Shown: piece by piece, positions 45,192 through 57,803 of the stretch | Numbering within the stretch: position 1 is the first letter of the stretch | Layout: each line of letters opens with the position of its first letter | Source of the DNA: Azolla caroliniana | Lineage: Eukaryota > Plantae > Polypodiophyta | Direction of reading: 5' to 3' | Assembly (NCBI GenBank): GCA_043228905.1 | Contig: JBHGNT010000015.1 | Span: forward strand, 4,340,001 to 4,404,000 | DNA: 64,000 bases | Translations under genes and position numbers: made by a program | Notes under the pieces: generated by a model | What the model was told of the DNA's origin: nothing | What the model saw: the letters and a program-made list of their open reading frames with translations, nothing else | Databases searched by the model: none

Positions 45192-48100
45192 CTATCTTTT
45201 ATCTTCATGTTGATCTATTGGAGGAGGTTCAAGCTCAAACCTTTTTTTAAATACTTTTATCCTCTTTCCAGCTACCACGTTTAGGATTACTGTCCCATCC
45301 AATTCACTAAGCTTATAAGTAAAGTTATCATATACTTTTCTTACTATATAAGGCCCAAACCATCTTTCAGCAAACTTGCGGACGGTGCTATGTTGATTAT
45401 CTAAACTGCTATCATACACGAGCATCCAATCTCTTTCTTCTATTTTCTTAGGTCGAATTCTATGAGTTTTATCAAAACGGATTTTATTCTTTAGTCGAGC
45501 CTCCTTCAATCGTTGGGCTGCGATTTCTATATCTTCAGGTCGACGCTCTAATTGTTGAATTCGCAAAGCAAGTAATTCTTCTCTGCTCACCTCTTCTCTC
45601 CATGGAATAGATATCCATGACATAATTGATTCTTCTATCGGCATGATGGGCTTTTGACCAAGTATCAATTCAGCTGGCATGTATCCTGTTACTGAACTAT
45701 GAGTTGTTCGATCCGCCCATAGTGCATAAGGTAGCATGCGTGGCCAATCTCTTATTTTACCTTTACAGCTTTTCACGATCGCCTTAACTATTGGGCTATG
45801 TCCTCTTTCAATCTTTCCATTGGCTTCTGGATTATACGCAGTTGTAAGTGATACTTTGACCCCTATTCGGTTGAAGAATTCTCTAGCTTCATCAGAGTCG
45901 AGTTCTCCTCTATCTGCAATTATTTTACCAACACACCCGTAACGACATATTACATCTTCTAACAAAAATTTACATACAACTCTAGTTGTTTTTTGTCGTA
46001 GTGGTCTTCCTTCTACTTGGTTTGTAAGGTCTTCTCTTGCTAGTACTAAATATCGCATTTAACCTTCCCCAAGTGGCATTGTCACTAGATCGACCATCCA
46101 TTTATAATGCATTGATGATGAATATGTTGGTTTTAGCTCATCTCGATACCAGATAGTTGAATACCTCTGGCAAACCTCACAGGTTTCCACAAATTTCGTT
46201 ACATCTTTATACATATGTGGCCACCAATACTTTTCTTTCAACTTCATAAATGTCGCCCATATGCCTCTATGTCCTGCCCACAAACTATCATGGAATTCAT
46301 TAATTAATTTTCTCTTAATGTCATCCTTACAAATGACTCGAAGAGGATTTTTGGTTGGCCTTTTTGGACGCCTCCATAAATGCCCTTCATGTAAAAAAAA
46401 CTTGAATGCTCGTCTTCGAAATTCATTTAATTGTTTCTTCGACCATGATGGGCTGGCTTCTTGAGTCTTTAGAAAATTTCCTATTTCTAACCATTGACCT
46501 TCATACTCTGTGTCTTTGAACATTATACTTACATTAAACTCATCATGAGGCGTAATAGATTCTTGATGAGCAAATTCATGGCTTGTAGTTGCCCAGTACT
46601 TATCTTCAGTTTGCATCACCTTTTCATTTATGAACCTTGCCCTTGACAGCATATCTGCAACTGGGTTGTCTTTTCCCTTTATATGCCGCAATTCTGGGTT
46701 CATGGTTCTGATGTATGCAATCCACCGAAGCATTGCAATATCTGGTGTCGTGCAACTTGCTATCATTCCAATGAGTGGCAAACAATCTGTTTCAACCACT
46801 ACATCTACTCCGATCAAGTAATCTCTATCTGTTTTTAATGCAGTAAGCAAACCCCACAATTCTCGTTTAACTTGTGCATAGTTTCTTTGTCTTTCATTTA
46901 ATATCTTTGCTCCAAATCTGATAGCATATCGATGTTGGTCTTCATCTTCTTGGTTGATAACCCAACCGATCCCGATTGGGCTAGTATCAACTGTTACTAT
47001 AATTGGTCTTTCACCTTTGTAGTCTGGTTGACGAAGAACTGGTGCTTTCAGTAATGCTTCTTTCAACTGTTGAACAACTTGTGTATGTTCATCAGTCCAA
47101 ATAAACTTCTTTCCTTTTCTTAAAAGTTGGTAGAGAGGATCTGAGACATGTGCAAAGTGTGGTAACCAAATATGATAAAACACACATGCACCCAAAAATC
47201 TTCTCACCTCTGTTACCGAGTCGCAAACTTCCTTCATATTTTGTATTGCGTTAATTTTGATCGGTGAAGGCTTCCTCCCATACCACCCACACATATGACC
47301 AACTATTAGAACTTCGTTTTGCCCAAAGCAAGACTTTGTTCCTGATAGTGTCAAATGTACCTGCTCAAGCTTATTTAAAATACTTTCACAGTCATTAATG
47401 TGATCCATCACAAACTTTCTGCAACCATTTCCAACCATAGTCTCATCTTTCTCTCTTTCTAAGCATCCCTTAATAGGAATATCATCTAAAAATGGCATAG
47501 TTACCTTTGGGATGTACTCATGTAGAACCTTGTTCATTGCATTCATCATATGAGCAACTGAATTTGTCGCACCTTGAGGTAGAGTGCACATTCGAACCAA
47601 CCCAACTGGTGTTTTCATTGTTGTGATATTGCGACTATCAATTGCTAGTTGAAATTGGTCGTATCCTGAATATAGGTCTCCCACAGAGTAAATCGCTCTT
47701 CCAGCAAATGCTTCCGCAAATTCATCAACGATCGGTCCGATTCCCGCATTTCGGATTGTTGACTGGTTGTAGATCTTGAATGAATCTTAGAGAACCATCT
47801 TTCTTTGGAACTGTGAACCATCTATTGGAGTATGGTGCATTTGAAGGCTCTAAAATCTTCATCTTGACTTTATCCTTCAGCAGCTCCAACAATTGAGGTA
47901 ATCGAGCTCTTGGTACTGCAATAGGTTTAAAATTCCAAGGAATATGAGGGATAGTAAATATTACCATTGGCGTCACCACCTTTGGATTTACACAACCAAT
48001 CTCCTCAGCTTTGAATGTGAACGCTTTCCCATGCTTAAAGATCATTTCTTTGAAAGTCGAGATCTCTTATTGTAGAAGAAATTCACCCCTTCCGATTCTC

Positions 48101-48647
48101 AAGTTATTTATTGTCTCCAAAGTGAAGTGATGTCCGATCTTCTCTATTGGTTGAAGCATAGGCTCAGTTGCTGCTGCCTCCATCTTCTCTTCACTACCAA
48201 TAGGTAATGGTACTGTAGCAGGTTTGACCTTTTTATCTATTGTTTTGTATTTTGTATTACATAAACTTTCTACTTCTTCATATTTACAATTATACCTATC
48301 AATCTCATAATACATATCAATTGAGTTTACATGTATCTTTCTAACATTCTCATCATCTTCTTTCAAATACATTTCTAACTCTTCTAAAGTATTTGCAAAA
48401 GAAATTTCTTCCATAACACTTTCAATCTGCTCTTCCATTTCAAGTACTCCATTATCCTTCAATGCCTGCTGAAACAGATTAGCATTCTTTTTTAAGTTCC
48501 TCTTGCATTCATACATCCTAGTCACACATATAGCACCACTTTCAGAAACATGAAATGACTTATTCATATGTTGTAATGCCCTATATGAGGGTCTTTTAAT
48601 AATGGGACTATTGCAACCCTCACTCGCAACAGTCCTAGTCAAAAACC
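45192..48647 (-). pseudogene. pol of E (RT-RNaseH-IN) with few lesions
   Basis: ORFs 48067..48666, 47725..48045, 46059..47684 and 45192..46058; FLDD, HRG..C..C, DRGE, NGKIERGH, WFGPY. Confidence 0.92.
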
Positions 48648-50809
48648 TGATTATCAAAATCATCACAGTCTTTTGGTATTAAATGATCACGAAGCTCTTG
48701 CTTGTTCCTCTCATGATTTGGGCGAACTGTCATAAATTGTATAGTTCGTCGTCCATCTTGGCTACGGATTTTCGCATAGGCAGAACCATTGTCGAGGACT
48801 TTGGTCTCCATTCGTACCATTGTAATGTATGGTTGACCCAGGATTATTGGATAGGTAGATCCTTCCTGCACAAAGAAATGTTGATCTACCTCTATATCAC
48901 CAATAGTAACCTTTACATTTGGGCATGCACCAAATAAATCTTCCGTGACTGATGTGGCAACTTTTACTCGCCAACCATGTTGAGTATCAATTGGCCATCT
49001 TCCTTTCCTGTAAAAATCAGCACTCATTATATTTATTTCAGAACCATGATCAATAAGTGCCATCACGGGGTCTGGAACATTTCCAATCTTCACATGATGC
49101 TCAGTAGTGGCTCTTGCCCAACATTTGCGAGAGTAATGGCTTCTTACATCTGTTGAATTTATCATTGAGGTTGATGCATGTTGAGAGTCAACAATGATAT
49201 TGTTTGACTCGTTGCTCACCACTTCATATGCCACCTTCGGATTTGTCTCTTTAACCTGCTCATTTACTTGCTTCTTTCTTCGCACAATATCAATTATTTC
49301 ATCATGAAATTCCTTTTTTGCAATACCTAACACTTCTCTTAGTGTAAATTCTACTTGACTGTCTAGTATTCTTGTTTCTAAAACTTTCTTTAAATCTGTA
49401 TCCTTTTCAATATCAGACATTAATTTGAATGAAGGACCAAATTTACCTTTTTCAACTGTTGCGTCCATCTCTTTTCTTTTGCTTTCTCTTGTTTCATGCT
49501 TTTTGGTTGAGCCAATCTCATCATCCGATCTTTTCCTTTTTTCTTCTACTATCACCTCATGCTCTTGGTGTTCTGCCATCTGAGCATAGACCGTCATAGC
49601 ATCTATTGGAACATCCCATCCAGTGTTTTTCCTTACAGAATCTCCGGCAACACGAAGGTCTTCCATCTTCATCTTTTGCTTTTGTGCGGTACTTACAACC
49701 TTCTCCCAGAATGATGACCAAGATGGCATGTCATCGAGGCGCATTCCTGCCGTTGCCGAGTAGTACATTGCGGAAGCCTTCTTTGCTTCAGCTTCTTCAA
49801 ATTTAACCTTAACACCACCATCACCAAAGTTCTTTGTAAGCGGAGTTCTAGTTTCAGTTAAGTAAATGTTACCATTTTTCCAATAGACCAAGTCTCGATT
49901 TTCCATGTCTTTATATTCCGCACACTCACGTAATCGATGTTCGAGACTATCACACCACATGCATCGAGGTCGAAATGGTTCCCTTGACCTCGAAGTCTGA
50001 CCATTCTCAAGCTTTGCCACTTTAATTGTTAGATCTTTCATACTTTGAACTAAATCATCAAGCAAAGACTCACTCTTAGTTTCGATCATTTCTCGTGGTT
50101 GATGGACCATTTCGTGTGATGGTTCTCGACCAAGTCTTTGAACTTCGATGTTTTGCTCAAGCCGATTTGTGATTCCCACATGTGGTATTTGTAGCATTAC
50201 ACCATTCCTTTGCATTCTTTTCATAAATTTATTACAAGCATTTATTACCTCATTCCAATCTGTCGTTATACCATCCTCGGTATTTGGCACTTCAAGCATA
50301 AATTCCAATTCTTTTCTATATCTCTTGTCAACTGCCTGCAAAAATAAAGCAACCTTTTGCCAAGACAAAGAATTTCTTTCTTCTGGCTTTAAGTGTCCAT
50401 ACATCCTATCAAACTCTTTTTTTGTGTCAGCCACAGATAACCCTTTATCTTCTTTTAAGATCCATTCATGAAATGAACGCATAGTAACTCGAGAGAAATC
50501 CTCACGAGCATATTCAAACACAAGTGCTTCTTTAAATGCATTCCAATCCAAACTATGCAATGCTTGTATTTCATGAATTCTATCTCTTAATTCCATGTCC
50601 ACTAATTTATAAAAGTTTGCTATCATATTGACATCATTTATACCAAACATTTCCATTTCATCATAATATATATTCACATACTTCGAAATATTTGTACCAT
50701 CAAACATACCAATCTTCTCTCAGACTTCTCGTAAGGCATGAAATAATCAATCTTGATTCAACTTTTCAATAAACAACATTACCGGATCCATTGTACTCGT
50801 ACTTGCCAT
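48635..50809 (-). pseudogene. gag-protease ORF of E (690-aa open stretch; stops near the N-terminus)
   Basis: FDGTNISKY, CMWCDSLEHRLREC, LIDHGSEINI. Confidence 0.9.
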
Positions 50810-50854
50810 GTTGATGTTGATATTTACTTTAGATGTCTCTTCTACTTCCCCGTT

Positions 50855-50871
50855 TCACGTCGGGTTCACCA
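50855..50871 (-). other. Primer-binding site complementary to the 3' end of tRNA-Trp(CCA)
   Basis: TGGTGAACCCGACGTGA matches the recalled plant tRNA-Trp end ...TCACGTCGGGTTCA-CCA; the same site occurs in C and, degenerate, in D. Confidence 0.85.
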
Positions 50872-52305
50872 AATTGTGTCGTGACGTGGCTCGCCTAGAA
50901 GCGTAGCGTTGCGCACACAAAGGATAACGTGAAAGTGAGGAAGGAATCACTGGGATTATGGACGGAAGAGACGAAAGAGTAGAGATGGAGTGAATAGAGA
51001 TCAATAAGATATGACAAAATAGGATTTTTAAGGAATATAAGATAAGACAAGATAAGATATAAAATAATATATGAGAAAGTGTATGAAATTTATAATCATT
51101 TTCATGAAAGAGTTACAAAATGATTGTACACGTCGTTGATCCTCCGAACTTTGTCTTGCAAGGTAATCGCTCTTCTCTTTCTTGATCGTAGACCACTACA
51201 ATCTTCACTTCAATATTTTGATGAAGATAAGGCTCGAACCGCCTCCCTCTTGTTGAGAGTTGACCACCACGACCGCCAAGCTAGAGCTCCACCTTTTTCT
51301 TGACTTCTTCCTTTCTTTCTCTATTTTATGATATCTCTTATGTAATATATATTTGATTGATATCTCATACACCTCTCCCTTTGATCTTCTCTTTCACCAT
51401 TTAAATAGGTGCCCCCATGCATATGATGCATTGGAGGGTACAAGTCATGCATGTAGTGCATGAAATGCATGTGATGCATGATCGCCATTTGGCGTTCATG
51501 CATTACATGTGATGCATGATAAACATCTCGCTCATTTGAGCTTTTATGTATGAAACAATATATGCAATAACAATAAACATGAAAATATAATCTTAAAGAG
51601 AAAGGGCCTAGCCTAATGGTAGGTGTGTTGACTTTGGTGTATGAGGTTGTGGGTTCAAGTCTCAAAATACTATTGAATACAACATACAACTCTATTTTTA
51701 TATCATGAAGCAAATCCTTTATGTAATATAAAGTATATATAAAGTATGCTTTATTTTATGTATATTACTATTATAGAGTTAAATGGTAAGATTTGAGAGT
51801 CATAGGGTGGGGTTATTGGTTCAAGTCCTCTCTTGTTCGTGTAATATAATATATTTATCTATATGTATATATTATTTTTCTTTACATATATATAATATTA
51901 TCATATGTGTTGTTAATATTATCTTTATATATAAAACATTATCAAATGTTATTTTCATTACATATTTATCTTATTGTAGACTTTTAATGTGAAGCTTTCG
52001 TACTTCAGGACACCGGTTGCGACCAAAGAAGATCGAGGAAGGCGACTAGGTCTTGGTGTACGACAACAGCCTCGACAATCAGCACAAGGCAGTGCGAAAG
52101 TTTGCTAGGAGGTGGTTCGGGCCCTACACGGTGACGAGCGCGAACGACAACGACACGTACCACCTCGCGGAACTCGACGGGACACGGTTAGCGGTGCCGG
52201 TGGCTAGGAAGTAGGTCAAAGCATTCAAGAAGCGGTTCGAAGACAAGCCGGAGCTTGCGAGCGGGAGCGACGACGACGATCAGTTTGGGCCCGGCGGAGA
52301 ATCGG

Positions 52306-55150
52306 AAAGCCACGACTCACCTTCTCCGGTGAAAAATTGGCGTTTGGGCAGTTGGAGATCTTCGTGGTCGGACACTTGTGCGGGCCCTACAGTAGGAAAC
52401 CGTCTCTGGCAAAGGTAGAGGCCATCTCCGTGATGAGGGACGATTGCGGGACAGTCACGGAGGTCCGCAGATTCTTTGGAGCATGCGCATTCTACCACAG
52501 CTGGATCCCGCACTACGCACATGTCGCGGAACCCCTCTAAGGATTATTGAAAAAGGGGCGTAGCTTTGAGTGGAGGACGGAGCACATGGAGTCGGTATAG
52601 AGACTAAAGGAGGCGCTTACGGTAGCGTCGGCTCTCCATAAAGCGGTTTACGGCAAGGATGTCCCTGTTTGCGTGACGGTGGACATGAGCCTGACCGGGA
52701 TCGGGTGGGTAATCAGTCAAGAGAACAAGGACGGTGTATGATTCCCGATCTGGTTCGGGGCGAACGTATTGAGCGAGCGGCAACGAGGATATGCCCAACT
52801 TAAGCACGAGCTTTGGGGTATTGTTTCAGTAGTCAAGGCCGACAAGGACTATCTGATCGGGACGGAGGTGATCATCAAAACGGACTGCCTGCCGATACTC
52901 AACATGGTTTCTGGATGCGCGACGCCGGAACTAGCAATGCTCCGGTGGATAGCGTACATTAAGTCCCTGAACCCAGAGATACGGCACATCTCCGGAAAGG
53001 ATAATGCCATGGCCGACATGCTTTCGAGAGCGAGGTTCAACGATGAAGACGGCATGGATTCGGATGACGAAGAAATCGGCGAGGACTTCTTTGGGTCGCC
53101 TAACGTAACGACGAGGAAAAGGGACACTCCGGCGTTTAACGAATTTGACGAAAGCAGGTACGACGGGGAGTGGCTCCAAATCGGGAGGTTCCTAAGGACG
53201 ATGACGCCGGACGCAACATGGACGAGAGAAGAGGCGAGCCAGGTACGGAAGAAGGCGTACCGATTCTTCCTGCGGGACAAGTGCATATGGAGGCACCCAA
53301 AGAAGAGAAACAACATCCTGCTCTGAGTAGTGGCAAAGAAAGAAGAACAGCAGGAACTACTGGCGACGTTTCACGAGCGTCCCTGGGCCGGGCACTGCGG
53401 AACGTGGGCCACGTTCGAGAAGTTGAAGGAGAAGTTCTGGTGGCCAAGGATGTACCAGGACGTGCATTGGTTCGTAACGACTTGTGAAAGCTGTCAGATG
53501 CACTCCGTAGTCCGACATCGGGACGAGCTACACCCGACTTACCCGCCTGCGGTCCATTTCAAGTGGATGGTGGACTTGGTGACGATGCCGATGGGAGTAG
53601 GACAAATGCGATACCTGGTGCTTGCGCGGGAAGACTTAACGAACCAGGTGGAAGGCCGTGCACTGCAGAACAAGACAACCACGGCGGTATGCCGGTTCCT
53701 GATCGAAGAGGTAGTGTGTCGGTACGGGTGCGTGGGGAGGATCGTGGCGGACCGGGGAGAGCTGGATGCGCGAGAAGCTAAGGAGTTGTTCGACCGACTA
53801 GGCGTCAAACTCTCCCTCACTACGGCGTACAATCCGAAGGCGAACGGGAAGGTACAACGTGGGCACGGGCCGATCGTAAAGGCGTTAGTACGTGCATGCG
53901 GAGGGCAGGTCAGGAATTGGCCGCGCCTCCTTCCTTACGCACTATGGGCAGACCGAACTACGCACATTTCAGTGACAGGGTTTATGCCGGCAGAGCTGAT
54001 GTACGGACAGAAGCCGATCATGCCAGTGGAACAAACGATTTCTTCATGGGCGACGGTAGATTGGAAGGACGAGATGAGCCGGGAGGAGTTGCTGGCGCTA
54101 CGGATTCGGCAACTCGAGCGGAGGCCGGAGGACATGAAACGGGCGAAGGAAAAGCTGCGGGCGGCAAGGGAGCGGAAGTTCAACCGAACGCACTGGTTGC
54201 GACCAAAGAAGATCGAGGAAGGCGACTAGGTCTTGGTGTACAACAGCAGCCTCAACAATCAGCACAAGGCAGTGCGAAAGTTTGCTAGGAGGTGGTTCGG
54301 GCCCTACACGGTGACGAGCGCGAACGACAACGACATGTGCCACCTCGCGGAACTCGACGGTGTCGCGTTGTTACGGTCGTGCGTGGAGAAACAAGGCGGA
54401 ACCACCGGGGACTTGAACCGAAGAGAAGGTGATAGAAGGGGAAAGAGAAGGAGAGAGACGCCCGGTCACGTATGAGCAAAGAAACACAAGGGCGTGGCCC
54501 GTCAACACAGAAGACACGAATGGACACAGAGACAGGAAGAAACAAGTGTTTGTATATTAACGAATAACGAGTACACAGCAGAACACGTGAGTGGCTACAA
54601 CCGAATAGGCCAGCGGACAGATGCCGATGCCTGTTCGTCTACGCACGAAATGGGAATAGGATGGAGGTGCTGCCGGAAGCACACGGTCGTTCCTCGAAGC
54701 TACGCGAGCCTCCCGAAACCTGCAGAGAAGGGCAACAAAGAACAGACAGAGGAGAAGCATTCGGTTCCGGTCCGACAACACTTCGTCCTCCTCAATGCGA
54801 TATCCCTCTCTCCCTGGGTCTCCCTCTCCTTTATAGCGTCAAGAGGGGAGCCGTCTCCCTCATTTACTTCCTACCTACCGAATCTAACTACCCCGGATCT
54901 CTCTCTGTACCTAATTCTCTATTATATACATTAAGAGCGCGCACACGTGAAGGGCCGGTTCCTGTGTGCTATTCACCGATTACGCCAGGGGACTGTTTTC
55001 TTCACGACAACGGGACACGGTTAGCGGTGTTGGTGGCTAGGAAGTAGGTCAAAGCGTTCAAGAAGCGGTTCGAAGACAAGCCCGAGCCTGCGAGCGGGAG
55101 CGACGACGACGATCAGTTTGGGCCCGGCGGAGAATTGGAGAGCGACGAGT
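52306..55150 (+). pseudogene. pol of D, second copy (RT 3' part, RNaseH, full IN)
   Basis: Restarts at cacgactcaccttctccgg (equivalent to about 42787); ORFs 52769..53326 and 53330..54229. Confidence 0.88.
54361..55009 (-). mobile_element. F: solo LTR (649 bp) with D-like termini
   Basis: Minus strand TGTCGTGAAGAAAAC...GTAACAACGCGACA; perfect TSD ACGG; the empty site is visible at 52170-52190. Confidence 0.9.
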
Positions 55151-55813
55151 AAACCAGTTTTCTTCGGTATCTACCTGTCTCTGGCCCATGCCGGTGGATG
55201 CGCGGTTTGGTGGGGATGGATGTCGTGAAGAAAATCGGCCATAGGTGGAATAAGAGAAAAAGGCGTATGAACCGGCTCTTACACGGATGGACGTGCGAAT
55301 TGATATTTTGATATTTTGTACATGATTCATAATTGGGTCGGCTGATGTAAATACTAAGTAGTACACGTTTATTAGGGGATTGTGCGTATCTCTGTCAAAA
55401 GGGACAGGGAATAAAGCGATTTGACTAGGGAGAAAGGGCACCCCCTTTTTGAGAACTATTTAAGGAGGGAGAGAAGGAAGAAAAGGGGATCGCTCGTGAG
55501 GGAGGACGAAGTGTCCAGGACCGAGTGCTGAGCTCTCTCTTCTCCTCTGATCGTCGGTCTCTGTGGGGTCGGGAGTTCACTGCCTCTGCTTCGTGGATAG
55601 CTCGCGCGCTTCCAGCAGAGGCTCTCTCATTTTTGTTTGTTTGAGTCGGGTGTGTTCTATTGGTGTGCGTGAGTAGGATCCCCATGTCGGGTCCATTGCC
55701 GCCTTGCCGGTTGTAATCATTAGAGTTTGCAATCTCTGAATATGGTAATCTACTATTAGTGTAATTAAGTGTGTCGTTTGTTTCCCTTTCCTTCTCCCTG
55801 TTGCGTGTCTAGA

Positions 55814-55847
<34 letters not shown>

Positions 55848-56729
55848 AGTTCAAGGCCCCCGTGGTCCCGCCTCTTTCTGCACGCGCGTGCGTAACAACA
55901 CGACACCGGCTGGTCGCGCCAACTCACTGCCTCCGCTGTCGGTCGTCGCCGACTCACTGGCTCACCGACTCCGTCGTCGGTTGCAGCCGGTTTTGGTTGG
56001 CCAAAACTTTTACAAGTAGCTAGGCCACACCCACTTATCCAATTAGCTTAGTTCAAGTCACTTTGAACTCTCTATGCTCCACACATGGTGATAGCTTTTG
56101 CTCTGCCTTATATATGGTGAGATCCTTATTGTCCTCTCTATGTGGGATATCTCATAGTTTTATCTTTCTCTTTTTCTTTGCAAACTTCCTACCCACATAA
56201 CTTGAGACTTAGATGTCCGTTTCTTATGTAGTAAAGTGCATTTGAAAGCTCTTAAAGACCTCCATCTTTTTGTATTAAGATATTAAACTTCTTTAAAATA
56301 GTATTTTCACTATTATGATTTATAGTCCATTTCGTATGTTTTATGCGATTTTCACACCATTGTCGAAAATCTTCCACGACATTGGTTTATACCAGATCCA
56401 ACTGGACCCCTTCCAAGTCCATCCGATCCGGTTTCCGGATGTCCTTCCGGACGCTTCGATCCGGTTCGTTCTTCTCCGGTTTCTCCAATCCCCATACGGA
56501 GGGACTAATATCTCATATCCCCATCTGGAGGAACCAGTATCTCAACATTTAGTAGGTAGTTAATTCTCCACCTCTTTGTAAGAGGTTTTATTGTTGGTTA
56601 TCTTATTCCCTTGTTAATATAGTTTTTTGCTTTTTTCTATATACTTTGATCCTCTCTCTCTCTCTCTCTTGAACACACACACATACATACACACACCTTC
56701 CGCTGCACAGAATGACTCCTAATTCTTTA

Positions 56730-57748
56730 CACCATGATATGGTATGCAATCTTCCTTCCATTCGTGAACCATCTAATCATGTTTGTGAGGGTTGTATTCT
56801 AGCAATGATGCACAAATTTCCATTTCCAAAATATGCAAATGTTTGGGCAACAAACAAGATTTAACTTGTACATAGTGATGTATGCGGGCCAATGAGAACA
56901 CCATCAATTGGAGGTTATCTTTATTTTCTGACATTCATTGATGATGCAACCCAACACACTTGTTTATATCCTTTGAAGGAGAAATCCAATGTCTTTTCAT
57001 GCTTCAAAGAATTCTTACACCTTGCTAAAAATCTTAGTTGTCACAAACTCGTTAACTCTTCGCACCGATAGAGGGGGTGAGTATATGTCTCAAGAGTTCA
57101 ATGCTTTCTTGAAAAACAAAGGGTATTATCTATCAACAGACCACTCCATACACACCACAATGGTTTGGCTTAGAGAAAGAATAGTTCTCTCGTGAAGATG
57201 GCAAGATGCATGCTCAATGGTGAGAACCTACCTCACAAGTTTTGGTTGGAAGTTGTAATGTGTGCAAACTATGTTTTAAATAAATGCCCCACAAAATCAT
57301 TAGAAGTTATCACTACATATGAGCTATGGAATGATCACAAGCCAAATGTTGTTCACATGAGAATATTTGGAAGCTTGGCTTATGCCTTTGTGCCACTACA
57401 ACAATGCCATAAGCTTCAAGGCAAAGCAATAAAATGCATCTTTGTTGGCTACATCACAGAAAGCAAAGGTTATTAGTTGTTTCACCCACTATCGGTAAGA
57501 TCATCATGTGGGAGATAATGTGCGGAAGCAAGTGTGGACCTGGCGGTGAATGTGCACAACAAAATGTTGGAATGATCACAAGCCAAATGTTGGTCACATG
57601 AGAATATTTGGAAGCTTGGCTTATGCATTTGTGCCACTACAACAACGCCACAAGATTCAAGACAAAGCAATAAAATGCATCTTTGTTGACTACATCATAG
57701 AAAGCAAAGGTTATCAGTTGTTTCAACCCATTATCGGTAAGATCATCA
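56730..57748 (+). pseudogene. H3: old copia integrase remnant
   Basis: VHSDVCGP, TFIDD, LRTDRGGEY, MARCML..LPHKFW, CIFVGY. Confidence 0.85.
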
Positions 57749-57803
57749 TGTGGGAGATCATGTGCGGCAGCAAGTGTGGACCGGTCGATGAATGTGCACA
57801 ACA
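57327..57803. repeat. Tandem duplication of about 240 bp across the H3/H2 junction
   Basis: ggaatgatcacaagccaaatgtt...aatgtgcacaac occurs twice. Confidence 0.88.

Larger units (their letters stand above)
44017..52012 (-). mobile_element. Gypsy element E (Trp-primed lineage, AT-rich), structurally complete and fairly young
   Basis: LTRs 44017-45151 and 50877-52012 (about a dozen differences by eye), PBS at 50855-50871, PPT AGAGGGGGTGGA, TSD CCGG. Confidence 0.96.
38652..55905 (+). mobile_element. Gypsy element D (Trp-primed lineage, GC-rich), decayed, with a duplicated pol 3' part; hosts E and F
   Basis: LTRs 38652-39341 and 55221-55905, PBS TGGTGAACCAGATGTGA at 39346-39362, PPT GGTGGGGATGGA, TSD CCGG. 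Confidence 0.93.
37897..56381 (-). mobile_element. G: solo LTR related to the C LTR, in the 5' LTR of H1; split by D into 37897-38651 and 55906-56381
   Basis: Reverse-complement similarity to both halves of 19658-20785; termini TGTCGTG / CACGACA; flanks ACGG / TTGG (degenerate TSD). Confidence 0.85.
13355..56547 (-). mobile_element. H1: old decayed copia scaffold in pieces 13355-13610, 19540-19657, 27862-31298, 37130-37896 and 56382-56547
   Basis: The pieces are colinear with Copia-1/2 and rejoin across each TSD. Start MEDSFGGMFKL at 37412, degenerate PBS at 37441-37452, split 5' LTR from about 37456 to 56547 ending ...atctcaaca. Confidence 0.88.
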
